DNA of 64,000 nt from IMG/VR virus record IMGVR_UViG_3300022694_000001; one strand, written 5' to 3'. Below are positions 62,457-64,000 of this stretch, in pieces. This stretch comes from a virus. The position numbers and the translations under genes are program-made. Position 1 is the first letter of the stretch; every line of letters starts with the position of its first letter. The notes below the pieces were generated by a model. That model saw only the letters and a list, made by a program, of their open reading frames with translations, searched no databases and had not been told where the DNA came from.

Positions 62457-62842
62457 CGATGACTTTATCTCTGGATGAAAAACGCCTCCGAGCCATGTTC
62501 CCAAGAGCAAGCGCCGATTTTATTAAAGCCAACAATCCGGTTGGTGCTGCACGGGTATCTAACGCCGTCGTTAAACGCGATGCACCACAAGCATTGGACG
62601 GTGGCGTATCGGCAGAAGGAAACGGCAAGGCGCGCGCTCGTGTGCGCATTACACGATTCGCTTGCCGCTTGCTTGACGAAGACAACCTCAGTGGAGGCGT
62701 CAAGCCGTTACTCGACAGCATTAAGCAGGCTGGTCTTATCGAAGACGATTCGCCGGAGTGCATCGAATTGTGTGTGCGCCAGGAGAAAGTGACTAACAAG
62801 GTGCATGAGCGGACGGAAGTGGAGATTGAGTGGGATGAATAA
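62453..62842 (+). CDS. RusA-like Holliday junction resolvase (catalytic half)
   Basis: RVRITRF...LLDEDNL..GVKPLLDSI...LIEDDS. Confidence 0.75.
   Translation: MTMTLSLDEKRLRAMFPRASADFIKANNPVGAARVSNAVVKRDAPQALDGGVSAEGNGKARARVRITRFACRLLDEDNLSGGVKPLLDSIKQAGLIEDDSPECIELCVRQEKVTNKVHERTEVEIEWDE
62475..62792 (+). CDS. Overlapping +1-frame ORF carrying a RusA-like N-terminal segment
   Basis: IRLVLHGYLTPSLNAMHHKHWTVAYRQKETARRAL. Confidence 0.45.
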   Translation: MKNASEPCSQEQAPILLKPTIRLVLHGYLTPSLNAMHHKHWTVAYRQKETARRALVCALHDSLAACLTKTTSVEASSRYSTALSRLVLSKTIRRSASNCVCARRK

Positions 62843-63104
62843 GAAGGCAAATACCGTTTGTATAGAGTGTGGCCACGAAATGAAACTCAAGTATGAGGAC
62901 GTGTGGGGCAAAATCGTGCGCTGCACATCCTGCACTGCAGTAATCTTAAACGGCCTGCATCTGCCACCGCCGAAATATCCTACTGAAGCGGAGAGACGGC
63001 GGAAGCTGAAGCTTGGGGTGCCGTTTATTAGCCGGCGCGAACTGCTCGAGACTGCGCGGGCTTTGAGTGATCGCGATGATGAAATGCAGGCTTATGACGA
63101 TTGA
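62835..63104 (+). CDS. Zn-ribbon protein
   Basis: CIECG...CTSC. Confidence 0.55.
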   Translation: MNKKANTVCIECGHEMKLKYEDVWGKIVRCTSCTAVILNGLHLPPPKYPTEAERRRKLKLGVPFISRRELLETARALSDRDDEMQAYDD

Positions 63105-63339
63105 AACGCACACACAAACCGAAAACGAAACGACTAGCAGCTTTCAGAAAGGCTACTTCAACGTCGTGGCTGGCATGGCGTGCATTTTAATTTCGATAAT
63201 AAACATCGTTCAAGACAAAGCACCTGAATGGATGGTGCTGGGGGTTTTGGCTGGCCTATTCAGCATCTTGGCCGCGCCAGTAATTAGACGCGCGATAGCT
63301 CAACAACTCCGGGTGATCGCGAATTGGTTAAACTGCTAA
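63094..63339 (+). CDS. Small two-TM membrane protein
   Basis: Two hydrophobic segments. Confidence 0.55.
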   Translation: MTIETHTQTENETTSSFQKGYFNVVAGMACILISIINIVQDKAPEWMVLGVLAGLFSILAAPVIRRAIAQQLRVIANWLNC

Positions 63340-63341
63340 CA

Positions 63342-64000
63342 ATGGCTACTCAAAACGATAAATCGCAGACGCAACAGTTCGTGGATCGGTTGCCGGAAAC
63401 GCCACAGGACGAGGAGCAGGCTAATAAGCCGCGGATGCCGTTCAAGACTTCGTATGTGCTTGATCGCCTTCAGGAAGATGAATTGTGCCGGTATGTGTCG
63501 GACGCGGTGGAGCAGATGTCGAAACAGCTCGGGCGCGATGATGTGCTCGATGACGCGAGCGCGGGCAGCGGTGCGTGGGGCCAGGGCGTTGCGCCGGGGA
63601 AGATCCGGAAACGCGGCGGCGCTTCCAAGGTTGAAAGTTGGATGGGGAAACGGGCGCGATACACTGCGCGTTACGAGAATAATGTGGATGATCGGGTTGA
63701 ACCGAAAACGCTTTTTGAGCACTCGAATCTTACGGCGTCGTTGTCGCAGCGGATTGTACGACAGATGGTGGCTCGGGCTGTGGCGTTCTTTTTCGGGCAA
63801 CCGGATGACACTGATTGGTTCACCACTGAAGCGGTGGGCGAAGAGGACCAGGTACTGGCGGACAAGATTAAGAAACATTCCAGGTGGAAAGTGGACCAGT
63901 GCCAATCGAAAAAGACTTTGGTCAACTCATTTGAGTATGCCTTTGTGCGCGGCGAGGCGGTGGTGAAACCGACGCATCAACAGCGGTTCCAGATTTACAA
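63342..64000 (+). CDS. Putative portal protein, 5' part (runs off the window)
   Basis: Open frame from ATG 63342 to the window end: ...HSNLTASLSQRIVRQMVARAVAFFFG...FTTEAVGEEDQVLADKIKK..., P22-like portal pattern; absent from the ORF track because no stop. Confidence 0.65.
   Translation, partial: MATQNDKSQTQQFVDRLPETPQDEEQANKPRMPFKTSYVLDRLQEDELCRYVSDAVEQMSKQLGRDDVLDDASAGSGAWGQGVAPGKIRKRGGASKVESWMGKRARYTARYENNVDDRVEPKTLFEHSNLTASLSQRIVRQMVARAVAFFFGQPDDTDWFTTEAVGEEDQVLADKIKKHSRWKVDQCQSKKTLVNSFEYAFVRGEAVVKPTHQQRFQIY

Overview
The whole window is phage DNA: a temperate, podovirus-like (short-tailed) dsDNA phage, probably of a Verrucomicrobia (Spartobacteria/Chthoniobacterales-like) host. The host call is inferred from recalled repeat families and a host-like DnaB, not from a search. 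Layout: a leftward virion-accessory operon with a glycosyltransferase and Ser/Thr-rich repeat proteins (1-4993). A head/neck/fibre/lysis block with scaffold, N4-gp56-type major capsid, adaptors, fibre, holin candidates and a GH75-like hydrolase (5153-18928). A divergent ribbon-helix-helix switch (19697-20629). A recombination/methylation/replication block with a tyrosine integrase beside an intact attP carrying the 3' half of tRNA-Asp (20626-36717). Then a serine resolvase, terminase, a 5730-aa polyvalent virion protein (42905-60097), a C5 methyltransferase, a RusA-like gene and the start of the portal gene. Main discovery: the giant ORF looks like a polyprotein punctuated by a recurring L-[L/R/A]-[S/A]-Q motif. 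The motif brackets a RelA/SpoT-like domain, a DarB-type methylase-helicase and a sigma-70-like module, and the apparent linkers hide nested genes (one antisense directly behind the RelA/SpoT domain, two or three in the +1 frame). A 17-bp palindrome GACAGC-N5-GCWGTC overlapping sigma70 -35 boxes occurs at least 13 times. All calls are by eye from motifs; no database searches were run.
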